Shown here: positions 45,495-58,240 of the stretch, in pieces
Position numbering within the stretch: position 1 is the stretch's first letter
Layout: each line of letters opens with the position of its first letter
NCBI RefSeq assembly: GCF_963921235.1
Contig: NC_086120.1
Coordinates: 30,938,001-31,002,000, forward strand
Direction: 5' to 3'
Source: Mobula hypostoma
Taxonomy: Eukaryota
DNA: 64,000 nt
Made by a program: the position numbers and the translations under genes
The notes under the pieces: generated by a model
Seen by the model: the letters and a program-made list of their open reading frames with translations, nothing else
Database searches by the model: none
Told to the model about the DNA's origin: nothing

Positions 45495-48020
45495 TAACCT
45501 CTCACTTCGGCAGTCGGTAGTACCAACCTGCTTCAAGCAGGTCTCAGTTATACTGGTGTCTAAGAAGAACATGGTAACCTGTCTCAATGATTATCATCCA
45601 GTAGCAATTACACTGTGATGAAGTGCTTTGAGAGGTTGGTGATGAAACAGATCAACTCCTGCCTGAGAAGCGACTTGGATCCACTCAGTCACAACAGCAC
45701 CACAGCAGATGCCATTTCTGCTGTGGAGATTCAACTCTGGAGATTCTGGACAGTAAAGATGCAAACATCAGGATGATCTTTATCGACTACAGCTTGGCAT
45801 TCCATGCCAGCATCTCGTCAAAACTCTTCAATCAGCTTCAAGACCTCCTTGTGCAATTGGATCCTCGATTTTCCCACTTGCAGACTCCAGTCAATGATAC
45901 CTCCTTCACAATCTCCATCAGCACAGCTGCACCACAAGGCTGTGTGCTAAGCACGGCTTCAATGCCATATTTAAGTTTGCTGACAACACCTCTGTTGTTG
46001 GCCAAAATAAAAGTGGTGACGAATCAGCATATAAGAGGGACAATTGAAAATCTGGCTGAGTGGTGCCATGGCAACAACTTCTCACTCAATGTCAGCAAGA
46101 CCAAGGAGATGATTACTGACCAGGAGGAGGAAACCAGAGGCCCATGAGCCAGTCCTCGTTGGAGGATCAAAAGTGGAGAGGGTCAGCAACTTTGAATTCC
46201 TCAGTATTATCACGTCAGAGGACCTATCCTGGGCCCAGCATGTAAGTGCAATTACAAAGAAAGAACAGCAACATCTCTACTTCCTTAGAAGTTTGCAAAG
46301 ATTTGGCATGACACCTAAAATTTTGACAAACTTCTATAGCAACACACACACAAAATGCTGGAGCAACTCAGCAGTCCAGGCAGCATGCATGTAAGACAGT
46401 AAACAGTTGACATTTCGGGCTGAGACCCTTCATCGGGACTGGAGGTAAACGATGAGAGGGCAGAGTAAGAAGGTGGGGGGAAGGGAGGAGAAGAACAAAG
46501 TGACAGGTGATAGGTGAAACCAGGAGAGGGGGAGGGGTGAAGAAAAGAGCTGGGAAGTCAATTGGCGAAAGAGATAAACGGCTGAAGGAGGGGGAATCTG
46601 ATAGGAGAGGGCATAAGGCCATGGAAGAAAGGGAAGGGGGAGGTGATGGGCAGGTAAGGAGACAAGGTGAGAGAGGAATATGGGAATGGGAGTTATGAGG
46701 TGGGGTGCAACTACCAGAAGTTCGAGAAATCGATGTCAATGGCATCAGACAGAATATGAGGTATTGCTCCTCCAAGCTGAGTGTGGCCTCATTACGGCAG
46801 TAGAGGAGGTCACGGACTGATGTGTCAGAATGGGAATGGGAAGTAGAATTAAAATGGGTGGTCACCGTGACATCCTGCTTCTTCTCATTGAGTGTAGGTA
46901 CACAGTGAAGTAGTCTCCCAATCTACATTAGGTCTCACTGATATACCGAATGCCACACTGGGAGCACTTGATACAGTAGATGACTCCAATAGACTCATGG
47001 ATGAAATGTCGCCCCACCTGGTAAGACTGCTTGGGGCCCTGAATGGTAGTGGAGGAGGAGGTGTAGGGGCCAGTGTGACATTTGTTCTGCTTGCAAGTAT
47101 CAGTGCCAGGAGGGAGATCAGTGGGGAGGGATGAGTGGGCAAGGGAGTTGCGTAGAGAGTGATCCCTGTGGAAAATTGAAAGGGGGGGGTGGGGAAGGAA
47201 AGTTGTGCTTGGTTGGGGGATCCCCTTGGAGATGGTGGAAGTTATGAAGAATTATGTGCCATACATGGAGGTTGGTTGGATGGTAGGTGAGAACAAGATG
47301 AACCCTATCCCTGGTGGGGTGACGAAAGGATGGGGTGAGGGCAGACATGGACAAAATGGAAGAGGAGCAGATGAGGGCAGTGTTGGTGGTGAACGAAGGG
47401 AAACCCCTTTCTTTAAAGAAGAAGGACATCTCTTTAGTTCTAGAATGAAAAGCCTCATGCTGAGAGCAGATGTGGCAGAGATGGAGGAATTGAAGAGAAG
47501 GGGATAGCATCTTTATAAGTAACAGGGTGGGAACAGCTATAGTCCAGGTAGCTGTGAGCGTTCCACTCTTTTGTGATTGTTATAATTGGACAAACTTCTA
47601 TAGATGTGTGGTGGTGAGTTTATTGACCGGTTGCATCACAGCCTAATATGGAAACACCAATGCTCTTGAATAGAAAATCCTTCAAAAAGTAGTGAATATG
47701 GCCCAGTCCATCATGGCTAAAGCCCTCCCCACCATTGAGCACATCCACACAGAACACTGTCGCAGGAAAGCCTTATCCTTCAAGAACCAGTCAGGCAATG
47801 CTCTCTTCTCGCTGCTGCCATCAGGAAGAAGGTACAAGAGCCTCAGAACACACACCACCATGGTCAAGAACAGTTATTGCCTTTCTGCTAGCAGATTCTG
47901 GAACCAGAGCGGATACCTTCTGTTTCTTCGATTTATTGTGGATGCCTGCAAGAGAACGAATCGCAGGGCTGTATATAGCGACTGACATATACATTGATAA
48001 TAAGTTTACTTTGAACTTTA
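45495..48020 (+). mobile_element. Degraded Rex1/Babar LINE (45495-46339 and 47604-48020) split by a PLE
   Basis: MIFIDYSLAF, APQGCVLS, WCHGNNFSLNVSKTKEMI, LYFLRSLQRFGM, LFSLLPSGRRYKSL. Tail tgataataagtttactttgaacttt. Confidence 0.88.
46340..47588 (-). mobile_element. Penelope-like element (older subfamily), thumb, GIY-YIG and pLTR
   Basis: 15-bp TSD gacaaacttctatag (46325-46339, 47589-47603). ICSQHEAFHSRTKEM..FKERGFP, LVLTYHP, HFNSTSHSHSD. HHR variant at 46404-46440 (CCGATGA). Confidence 0.9.
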
Positions 48021-48596
48021 AACTAGATGCTCAAGAGTGCAGGTACGGCCGGGGCAGCTATTAATGAGGGTGGACACTGCATCAAGGCCTGATAACAGGG
48101 GATGAAGCCATGATTGACTCCATTACTCCACTCCAATTAAAGCGTCGAGCAAGATTAAAATTGTCGAGGGTGTTAGCAGAAAATGAGTGGGTGTTCTTCC
48201 ACTTTTCTGAAACCGGTCTCCCTCTCTTCTCGCTACTAGTGTTGAGTGGGAGGTGCAGGAGTCCTGAGGCCCACACCACCAGGTTTTGGAGCAGTTGTTG
48301 CTCTGCAGTCATCAGGATCCTTGATTTCCTTACTCACCTCAGCGTTGAATGGGCTCCACAGCTGTAGACCTGCGCTCGGGGACCCTGCAGTTCATGTTTC
48401 ATGTGTTTTTGTTTACTTTTATTTTACTATTGGTGTGATTAGTCATCTTTTGGATGTGTGGCAGTCTGGTGTGTGTGTGTTTTTTGGTGAATTTTAATTT
48501 TTATTGAGGTGCAGAGTGGAATAGGCCCTTCCGGCCCTTTGAGCTGTGCCACCCAGCAAACCCGATTTAGCCCTAGCCTAATCACAGGACAACTGA

Positions 48597-50084
48597 AGGC
48601 TGATTTATACTTGTGCATCAAATCGACGCCGTAAATACGGCATAGACACGAACCCTATGCAGTGCCTACGCGGATCCCTACGCCGTAGCCTGATGCGCAC
48701 CTCTACCAAAATGTAACTACGTGTCGCGGCAATGCAGACTGCAGCAGCTGTGATTGGTCCGCTTGGCAGCATCGTATTTCCTCCTACGCTGCAATAGCTT
48801 CCCATTGGGCGACTGAAGGGCAGGGAAGGAACTCTGGCTGCAATGCTTTCCATAAAGCTTTACAGACCTCCGAAATTATGGAGGACACATTTTGTTTTTA
48901 CGAAAAAAGATGCTCGCTTTAAACTTGTTTACCCCGAGAAAGACTACCATGACCATGAACCCTTGCACGGGTAGGTATGTGCACATGAGTGACATGCGAT
49001 AATTGCAGAGTGACGCAGACACACCAACGCACAAGTATAAATGCTCACAACGGCGCAGCCCTCTTGCGTGATCAGCAGCACTGGGGCTCCACAGGGGACT
49101 GTCTTGTCTCCCTTTCTCTTCACCACTTACACCTCGGACTTCAACTACTGCACAGAGTCTTGCCATCTTCAGAAGTTTTCTGATGACTCTGCCATAGATG
49201 GACGCATCAGCAAGTGAGATGAGGCTGAGTACAGGGCTACGGTAGGAAACTTTGTCACATGGTGTGAGCAGAATTATCTGCAGCTTAATGTGAAAAAGAC
49301 TAAGGAGCTGGTGGTAGACCTGAGGAGAGCTAAGGTACCGGTGACCCCTGTTTCCATCCGGGGGTCAGTGTGGACATGGTGGAGGATTACAAATAGCTGG
49401 GGATACGAATTGACAATAAACTGGACTGGTCAAAGAACACTGAGGCTGTCTACAAGAAGGGTCAGAGCCATCTCTATTTCCTGAGGAGACTGAGGTCCTT
49501 TAACATCTGCCGGACGATGCTGAGGATGTTCCATGAGTCTGTGGTGGCCAGTGCGATCATGTTTGCTGTTGTGTGCTGGGGCAGCAGGCTGAGGGTAGCA
49601 GACACCAACAGAATCAATAAACTCATTCGTAAGGCCAGTGATGTTGTGGGGATGGAACTGGACTCTCTCACGGTGGTGTCTGAAAAGAGGATGCTGTCCA
49701 AGTTGCATGCCATCTTGGTCAATGTCTCCCATCCACTACATAATGGACTGGTTGGGCACAGGAGTACATTCAGCCAGAGACTCATTCCACCGAGATGCAG
49801 CACTGAGCGTCATAGGAAGTCATTCCTCCCTGTGGCCATCAAACTTTACAACTCCTCCCTTGGAGGGTCAGACACCCTGAGCCAATAGGCTGGTCCTGGA
49901 CTTATTTCCTGGCATAATTTACATATTACTATTTAACTATTTATGGTTTTATTACTCTTTATTATTTATGGTGCAACTGTAACGAAAACCAAGTTCCCCC
50001 GGGATCAATAAAGTATGACTATGACTATGACTATGACTATGACTATGACTATGTAAGCTGGTACGCACAAGTATAAATCAGACT
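48597..50084. mobile_element. PIF/Harbinger-type non-autonomous DNA transposon
   Basis: TIRs aggctgatttatacttgtgc / gcacaagtataaatcagact. 3-bp TSD tga/tta (TTA-like). CpG-rich body with tacg repeats. Confidence 0.8.
49070..50053 (+). mobile_element. Young Rex1/Babar LINE 3' part with (ATGACT)n tail, inside the Harbinger MITE
   Basis: TGAPQGTVLSPFLFTTYTSD..LQKFSDDSAI motifs. ORF 49517..49888. Tail 50014-50053. Confidence 0.92.
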
Positions 50085-50476
50085 TTACAACTAACCTACC
50101 AACCGGTACATTTTTGGACTGTGGGAGGAAGCCAGAAGACCAGGAAGAAACCCCTTGCCGTCATGGGGAGAAAATACAAACTCCTTACAGGCAGCATCGG
50201 GAATTGAACTCGAGCCGCTGATACTGTGAAGCGTTATGCTGATCACAACGCTGCCTTCCGCACTTCTATTGTGTTTCTGTTTTGTGAGTTCCTGCAAGAA
50301 GGTGAATCTCAAGGTTGTATATGTTATACATACTTCGATAATAAATTTGAACTTCGAATACTTTCATTGTGAAAATTATTGATACTAGCTCTCATTAGAA
50401 AGAACCCAGGTTTCTTTGGGTGTGTTACATGAATTTAAATTTCCTTGATGCAAGTTCTGATTTAAGCTTTTTTTTG

Positions 50477-51668
50477 GAAACATAGAAACATAGAAAACCT
50501 ACAGCGCAATACAGGCCCTTCGGCCCACAAAGCTGTGCTCACATGTCCTTACCTTAGAAATTACCTAGGGTTACCGATAGCTCTCTATTTTTCTAAGCTC
50601 CATGTACCTGTCCAGGAGTCTCTTAAAAGACCCTATCGTATCCGCCTCCACCACTGTCACCGGCAGCCCATTCCACGCACTCACCACTCTCTGCGTAAAA
50701 AATACTTACCCCTGACATCTCCTCTGTACCTACTTCCAAGCACCTTAAATCTGTGCCTTCTCATGCTAGCCATTTCAGCCCTGGGAAAAAGCCTCTGTCT
50801 ATCCACATGATCAATGCCTGTCATCATCTTATACACCTCTATCAGGTCACCTCTCATCCTCCGTCACTCCAAGGAGAAAAGGCCGAGTTCACTCAACCTA
50901 TTCTCATAAGGCATGCTCCCCATTCCAGGCAACATCCTTGTAAATCTCCTCCGCACCCTTTCTATGGTTTCCACATCCTTCCTGTGGTGAGGCGACCAGA
51001 ACTGAGCACAGTACTCCAAGTGGGGTCTGACCAGGGTCCTATATAGCTGCAACATTACCTCTCATCTCCTAAACTCAATCCCACAGTTGATGAAGGCCAA
51101 TACACCATATGCCTTCTAAGTCACAGAGACAACCTGCGCAGCAGCTTTGAGTGTCCTATGGACTCTGACCCCAAGATCTCTCTTATCCTCCACACTGCCA
51201 AGAGTCTTACCATTAATACTAGATTCTGCCATCATATTTGACCTACCAAAATGAACCACTTATCTAGGTTGAACTCCATCTGCCACTTCTCAGCTCAGTT
51301 TTGCACCCTATCAATCTCCCGCTGTAACCTCTGACAGCCCTCCACACTGTCCACAATACCCCCAACCTTTGTGTCATCAGAAAATTTAGTAATCCATCCC
51401 TCCACTTCCTCATCCAGGTCATTTATAAAAATCATGAAGATTAGGGTTCCCAGAACAGATCTCTGCGGCACAGCACTGGTCACCAACCTCCATGCAGAAT
51501 GTGACCCGTCTATAACCACTCTTTGCCTTCTGTGGGCAAGCCAGTTCTGGATCCACAGAGCAATGTCCCCTTGGATCCCATGCCTCCTTACTTTCTCACT
51601 ACATCTACTGCTTTACCTTCATCAACGTGTTTAGTCACATCCTCAAAAAATTCAATCAGGCTCGTGAG
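50477..51668 (-). mobile_element. CR1 LINE 3' third
   Basis: LYRTLVRPHLEYCAQFWSPH (50864..51055), VPQRSVLG..FINDLD..KFSDDTK (51295..51519). (ATAGAAAC)n tail. Confidence 0.92.
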
Positions 51669-52519
51669 GCAATACAATTTTCTGAATACAAGTTCAGTAA
51701 TTTAATCATCACTGTTCCCTTGAAAGTGAAAAAAAAACAAATTGTTGGAAGGACTCATTGGGTCTGACAGCATCTGAGGAGTCAAAGGGATGGTTGAAGT
51801 TTTGGAGTCTTGACACAAGGCCTTGGCATATTTGGCAAAATGTTGACCACCTCTTTTCCTCCGCATTTGACCCGTTGAGTTCTTCAAACAGTTTACTTTT
51901 TGCTGCAGTTTCCAGCATCTGCTGTCTCTTGCTTCTTCTTACTGGAATCTGCCTGAATCTCCCATTAGCTTTTGATCATTCACTGAACTGTAAACACATT
52001 ACCGCGAGAAAGAGGGATTAATAATTCTTCACAGCCATCTGGATTTAACCCAAACCCTACTACTGTCGTAGGTTTTGGAAGGAAAGGAAGGGAGGTGTCA
52101 GGGAGAGCTGTAGTGTTAATTGGCACACTGCAGACTAAGGTTTATCTTTTGTGTTTTCCTTTTCTCTACTGAAAAAAGCTGCCTGTTGTTCTGTACATTT
52201 GTTAGGGCTTGCCAGCCAAATCTTCGCGGGTCAAGGATTATTCTTTGTTAATTGGGATTCCTTCACCATCCTATTCGCATCCCCTTCCCCCACCTCCTAC
52301 TACAGACTGTCACAGTCCCCCTGGGAAGAGGCAGTGCTATGTGAGGCCAGGCAGCCCAGGATACGAACACCAGGCTCTGAAGGAATACACCCCCTCACTG
52401 GGGAGACACACACAGCCATATCATTTCGTCCTCTTTCTGTGTAGAGGAGTGGAATAAATTCCTTTTGAACCAGTAAGGAATGGACTCCCGCTTTTCTTGT
52501 ACAAATATGCACATTGGTG

Positions 52520-53384
52520 GACAGAGAAAGCAGGATCTCCCAGTGGCCACACATTTTAATTCCACGTCTCATTCCCATTTTGATATGTCTATCCATGGCC
52601 TCCTCTACTGTAAAGATGAAGCCACACTCAGGTTCAGCCAGAGACTCATTCCTCCGAGATGCAGCACAAAGCGTCATAGGAAGTCATTCCTGCCTGTGGC
52701 CATCAAACTTTACAACTCCTCCCTTGGAGGGTCAGACACCCTGAGCTGATAGGCTGGTCCTGGATTTATTTCATAAATTACTGGCATAATTTACATATTA
52801 CTATTTAACTATTTATGGTTCTATTACTATTTATTATTTATGGTGCAACTGTAACGAAAAGAAATTTCCCCCGGGGTCAATAAAGTATGACTATGACTGC
52901 TAGGTTGGAAGAACAACACCTTATATGCCGTCTGGGTAGCCTCCAACCTGATGGCATGAACATTGACTTCTCTAACTTCCGCTAATGCCCCACCTCCCCC
53001 TCGTACCCCATCCGTTATTTATTTATATACACACATTCTTTCTCTCTCTCTCCTTTTTCTCCCTCTGTCCCTCTGACTATACTGCTTGCCCATCCTCTGG
53101 GTTCCCCCCCTCCCCCTTTTCCTTCTCCCTGGGCCTCCTGTCCCATGATCCTCTCATATTCCTTTTGCCAATCACCTGTCCAGCTCTTGGCTCCATCCCT
53201 CCCCCTCCTGTCTTCTCCTATCATTTTGGATCTCCCTCTCCCCCTCCCACTTTCAAATCTCTTACTAGCTCTTCCTTCAGTTAGTCCTGACGAAGGGTCT
53301 CAGCCCAAAATGTCGACTGTACCTCTTCCTAGAGATGCTGCCTGGCCTGCTGTGTTCACCAGCAGCTTTGATGTGTGTTGCTTG
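52520..53384 (+). mobile_element. PLE 3' fragment interrupted by a Rex1 3' piece (52635-52901)
   Basis: RKQDLPVATHFNSTSHSH..GLLYCKDEATLR. Rex insert flanked by aggtt (52630-52634, 52902-52906). HHR at 53282-53319 with GAAA>AAAA. Confidence 0.9.
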
Positions 53385-53914
53385 CATATTCACTCTCTCA
53401 TTTCATATGCAAATATGTTCTTGCTTTCATGCACAACACAATACACTCTTTCAGAGTCACATGTATATCCTCTCTCTCATACCTGCATGTGTGCATGCAC
53501 ACACACACACACACACACAAGCATCCTAACACCCTAGCACTGGGTGGTACAGAAACTGCACTGTGGCCTACAGGAGGGCTCTACAAATGGTAGTTAAAAC
53601 AGCCCAACGCATCACAAGAACCAGCCGAAAATGGGAAAAAGGCCAGTAAAATCATGAAGGATCCCATCCACCCTGCACATACACTGTTTGTCCCACTCCT
53701 ATCAGGGAAGAGGCTATGTAACATCTACGCCAGGACCACCAGACCCAAGAACAGATCTGTAAAGCCATCAGGCTGATCAACCTACCCTACCACCACTACT
53801 TTATCAGTTTTATAAGTTGAAGAGCTGTCTCACCTGTAAAAACTCTTTGGGGCCCTTAATGGAGGTGAGGGAGGAGGTGAGTGGGCACGTATAGCATTTC
53901 TGTCGCTTGCAGGA

Positions 53915-54215
53915 GTAAGTTCATTTGTCACATCTTCATTAAAACATCAGAACATGCAGTGAAATGTGCTGTTTGCATCAACAACAGACATAGTTTGAGG
54001 ATGTGCTGGGGGCAGCCCACAAGTGTCTCCCTGTTTCTGATTCCAACACAGTATGCCCATAACTTACTGACCAGTATGTCTCAGGAACATTGCAGGAATC
54101 TGGAACACCCAGAGGAAACCCACACGGTCACGGGGAGAACATACAAACTCCTTACAGACAGCGGTGGGAGTTGAACCCAGTTCACTGGTGCTAACTGCTA
54201 CGTTACCATGTTGCC
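53915..54215 (-). mobile_element. V-SINE-type element
   Basis: ggaacacccagaggaaacccacacggtcacggggagaacatacaaactccttacagacagc V-domain (antisense). Confidence 0.8.
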
Positions 54216-54690
54216 TTAAAAGTTGTGGGTTCAAGCTCAGTTCCAAAAGCTGGAACATAAAAATCCAGTCTGGTCATCCAGTGCAATATTGAGCAGATGC
54301 TGCAGTATCAGAGACACTATCCTTTGAATGAGATCGCATGACGTCTTTTCAAGAGGAGCAGCAGAACGGAATCAGCCTTAACGCTCCGACAAACTGACTG
54401 TCCTTCCAGCTGTAATCTCTTTGAAAAAACATTGGCAAAGAATCTTTAACAGTAAGTTTTCCATTTTAGGGAAGAAAACTACTATTTTATATGTGACTTC
54501 AGATCACAACAATGGTTGTGTCTTATCTGCCTCCTAAAATAAGCTAGAAAACAAGCCAGTTGTGGGAGGTTCAGCTAACCTTGTGGTGTTCTTTACATTG
54601 ATTTGTTTCATTTACAGCGCTCCTGTAAAACAGAGTGGAGAGCTTGACCAGATTATCAGATCCTCATAAATGTATAAGTGCTTCATAAAT

Positions 54691-54782
54691 ACCCTGTAGA
54701 AGGGTCCCGGCCTGAAATGTGGACCATTTACTCTTTTCCATGCTGTCTAGCCTGCTGAGTTCCTCCAGCATTTTATGTGTGT
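54691..54782 (+). mobile_element. Short PLE pLTR insertion starting at the hammerhead
   Basis: ccctgtagaagggtcccggcctgaaatgtggac.... TSD-like tgcttcat(a/c)aat (54679-54690, 54783-54794). Confidence 0.7.
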
Positions 54783-54824
54783 TGCTTCATCAATGTAACT
54801 TGGTGTTCTTACTGTTCCTCCCAG

Positions 54825-55225
54825 AGGGTCAAAACCTTGTCGTGATCTGGAGGCTTGTGTGCCTCAATGACCTGGAGAGCTCTGTTGGCTGGAGTCAGAG
54901 CTTCGTGCTTTGGCTCTTGGTAGGGTCACCCATGCCAAACAGGTCAAAGGGTAAGAGTGCTCCACCGGTCCTCCAGGTTTGGGGGTTTCAACTCAGGGCT
55001 AACAACCTTGACTGGTAAAACAAAATTGTTACGGAAACAACAATGAAGAATCTTTCTTCATCTGAATGCAATGGAATTCCTGAGGCTTGACCTGGGGCTT
55101 GCAGGATTGACACTAATGAAAACTGAGAGGAAGCTACTGACCTGATAAAGGGATTCCTGACCACCACCAGAGATGGAGGACCTTCATTGCTGCCCTAAGT
55201 GCCAGTGGCATAATGGGCAGTAAGT
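54825..55225 (+). mobile_element. Bipartite non-autonomous RTE (Expander-like 5' end joined to 3' end)
   Basis: accttgtcgtg...gcttgtgtgcctcaatgacc...gggctaacaacc...gttacggaaac 5' motifs. The 3' end encodes RWRTFIAALSASGIMGS and ends taagt. Confidence 0.7.
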
Positions 55226-56204
55226 TAGGAAGAAAGTTCTTAATGTTACCTTAGGAATTTTACCACCAGATCTAGATGGGAGAATGTGGGGAATGAGGGA
55301 AAGATGACAGAGGGTTGAAAATAACCTTGATTACTCAATTCCTGCTTTCCATGATCTCTCTCCCAATCCCCAACTCATAGACACTTCAGTATTTGACACA
55401 GGATTTTTTTTTCAGTCTCCATTCTTTCTATTATGCCAGAGAAGGAGGCCATTTGGCCCATCTAGTCCATGCCAACTCGCAGAAGAATCTCACTCCTTAC
55501 TAAAATTTCACAATGATTTACTGCATGACTTTAACTTCCCCCAGGTTCTTCACTATTCTAGGGACAATTCACAAGTGTTAATTAACTGTGCATCTTTTCA
55601 TGATACGGGAAAACCACATGCTGACTTGGTGAACATTCAAACTCCACACTGACAGCACCTGCGGTCGGTATCGGACCAGGGTGACTGCGGAAGCTCTACT
55701 AGTTAAGCCACTGTTGCTGTTTCTCACATGTAAGCGCTGACTTTGTATGATTACCAGGTTACCTGAGAACAGCGAGTGTGTCAATATCAAGAGGACAGAC
55801 TGCAGCTCTTGGCAGAACCGGGCTGTGCATTTGGGCTCAGATTAAGCAGGAGCCAGATCCAACAGTTGTCACCTTATTAATGCAGTGAGATGATTGGACA
55901 GTCTGCAGAGCAGAGTCAAGCTCTTGGAAACAGGGTCTTACTGTTGAATGTAACACTCTGGCTTCAAATTCAACACTAATGCACCGATAGCATCTTCAAA
56001 CACAATATAATATTTCAGCTGTCAAAGCCTCCTTAATGAAAACAAAAGCAAACTCAATGTCAAAATGAAGACCAGTGTATATAGTCATTTCATAAACCAG
56101 ATCTCCACTAGACACACAAGCAAGCCACATGCCTCAAAGGGGCGGAACGTGTATGGTTAGATGGCAAAATGTGATCTATTGCATGTGGTGCCTACCTAAC
56201 ATGT

Positions 56205-56620
56205 AGGAGATGCGTGCAGAAAACTGCCAGAGAAAGGCAGGCAATGACAATCATAGACTCGTTATCCCACTTCCATCAGGGAAGAAGCTAGCACTGGACT
56301 CAAAACCAGTTACTTTCCCCAAGCCCCAGGCTGATCAACACCTCCACCCATTAAAACACCACAGCACACCCCAAAAACTACTAATTTATCAATTCCTGTC
56401 AGAGTCTCCCTATGTACAGACACTCCTGTACCTGGCATCACTTTAAGTACAGATAATCAGCCTATGTATATAAGCTAATCTAATGTATATTGTGATATTT
56501 ATGCATTCTTTAGGCTTATTGTGTTTTTGTTTATTTTGTATCGGATCTAGAGTAACAATGCGTTCTCCTTTACATTCGTGAACTGATAAATGACAATGAA
56601 CAATCTTGAACCTTGAACCT
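56205..56620 (+). mobile_element. Rex1/Babar-type 3' fragment
   Basis: cccacttccatcagggaag...actcaaaaccagttactttcccc. Tail aatcttgaaccttgaacct. Confidence 0.7.
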
Positions 56621-57209
56621 GAAGGCAATAATCAGGCTTGACAAGTAAAACCAAGGTACTGGAAATTTGAAAGGTGAATAACAAACCCATCTGTTTTGGT
56701 TGCCCAAATATTGCCCAAAGTATCTCCTCAACCAACCCAACCAAAACAGGACACGAATGTCTCTATAGAAATGCAAAGTCCTTCATTTTGTGCTATATTC
56801 TATCTTGAAGAAGGCAGCTCTAACAGTCAGTACACACTGAGTAGCACCGGTAAGGAATTTTATGCTCAGGGCTCTGAAGTGGGGCTTTAAATCTGCTCAG
56901 TGTGAAATCAGAGGAGAGAGAGAGAGAGGTCCCAATGTACCTCACAGAGCCAAGCTACAGTTAAAACAGTGAGCAGGGAGGTTTTGGCTGCTGAAGGCAC
57001 TGCTGCTAATGGTGCAGCAAAGGCCACCGAATCTCCAGAAGGTAATAGCATTGATGGAGTGCAGAGACTTGAGGCTGTAGGGCTGGGGACATTACAGAGA
57101 TAGGAAGTGCTGGAGCCAGGGGGTCTTACATTGTAGCAATCCTTTGAGATTCACTAGCAGGTCACCTGTTGACTTTTGAATGCAGTGATCAGTAATGATT
57201 AGGGAGTGC

Positions 57210-57620
57210 AAGATTCAACATTCAAAATTGTTCAATGTAATTTTCAGTACACACGTGCAAAGGAGAACATAATAACTGTTACTCTGGATCTGATGCAGCA
57301 CAAAAAAACACACAATAAGGAACACAATAATAAAAAATGCAATAAGTTATAGATACGTAAGATAGCTTATATACATAGACTGATTTTATGTACATAAAGT
57401 GACAGCATGTTAAGCAGTGTCTGTACATAAGGTGGCTGACAGGAAATGATAAAGTAGTGGTGGTGGGGGTGTGAAGCAGTGGGTTAGTGGCTGGAGATGT
57501 GGATCAGCCTTACAGCTTGGGGAAAGTAACTGTTTTTGAGTCTGATTGTCCTGGCGTGGATGCTATGTAGCCTCTTCCCTGATGGGAATGGGACAAACAG
57601 TCCATGAGCAAGGTGGGAGA
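57210..57620 (-). mobile_element. Rex1/Babar-type 3' fragment
   Basis: Antisense of the same family as 56205-56620 and 15640-16015. Confidence 0.75.
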
Positions 57621-57875
57621 TAAGCACCAAAAAGTAGTACTGTTGCTATCTTTCATTGTTAGAAGGGAGGTTAAGCCCGATCTATTTAACTCTGTGAAAA
57701 AGAGAATCATCGTAGTAATATCCCAAGCCCAAGAAAATGCTTCCTTCAGTGCCTAAAACATTCCTCCCAGAGCTAATCTGACTAGAATAGATTCCACTGA
57801 ATTTTAGCTGAGTCTGGGATTCTGCTGTGCAAAATGCAGCTGCTCAGTCACTTCTGCTGTTGGTATTGGTTTCTG

Positions 57876-58240
57876 GGTGGCAGGGTGGAGATACATCTCT
57901 ACCAGAGGAGATGTAGGGTGCTCCTTCCCTCCACTAGCCTGCAGGTCACCGTTGGGAAAGCGTGGCAGCTGCTTATCCCCCTAGTCAGGGTCACATGAAG
58001 CCATGGGAGCAGATGGTGGATGGTCGTATGAGCAGTTGGTGCAATCTCAAGTCCTGGTTGCACGACCACTGATGTGAGTCTATTCTCTAACCAGTATTGA
58101 CAATGTCTGGGGTCGCCCATCTTGTAAAGACGCCGCCCAGAAGAAGGCAATGGCGAACCACTTCTGCTGAACAATTTGCCAAGAACAAGCACGGTCAAGA
58201 CCATGATCACCCACGTCATATGATACGACTCAATGATGAT
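57876..58240 (+). mobile_element. RTE/BovB-derived non-autonomous element
   Basis: agaagaaggcaatggcgaaccacttctg...ttgccaagaa resembles the BovB/Bov-A motif ggagaaggcaatggcaaaccactccagtattcttgcc. Confidence 0.65.

Larger units (their letters stand above)
48500..50260 (-). mobile_element. V-SINE split by a Harbinger MITE (pieces 48500-48596 and 50085-50260)
   Basis: cctaatcacaggacaac|...|ttacaactaacctacc...ttggactgtgggaggaagcc is colinear with the V-SINE at 8640-8950. Confidence 0.8.
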
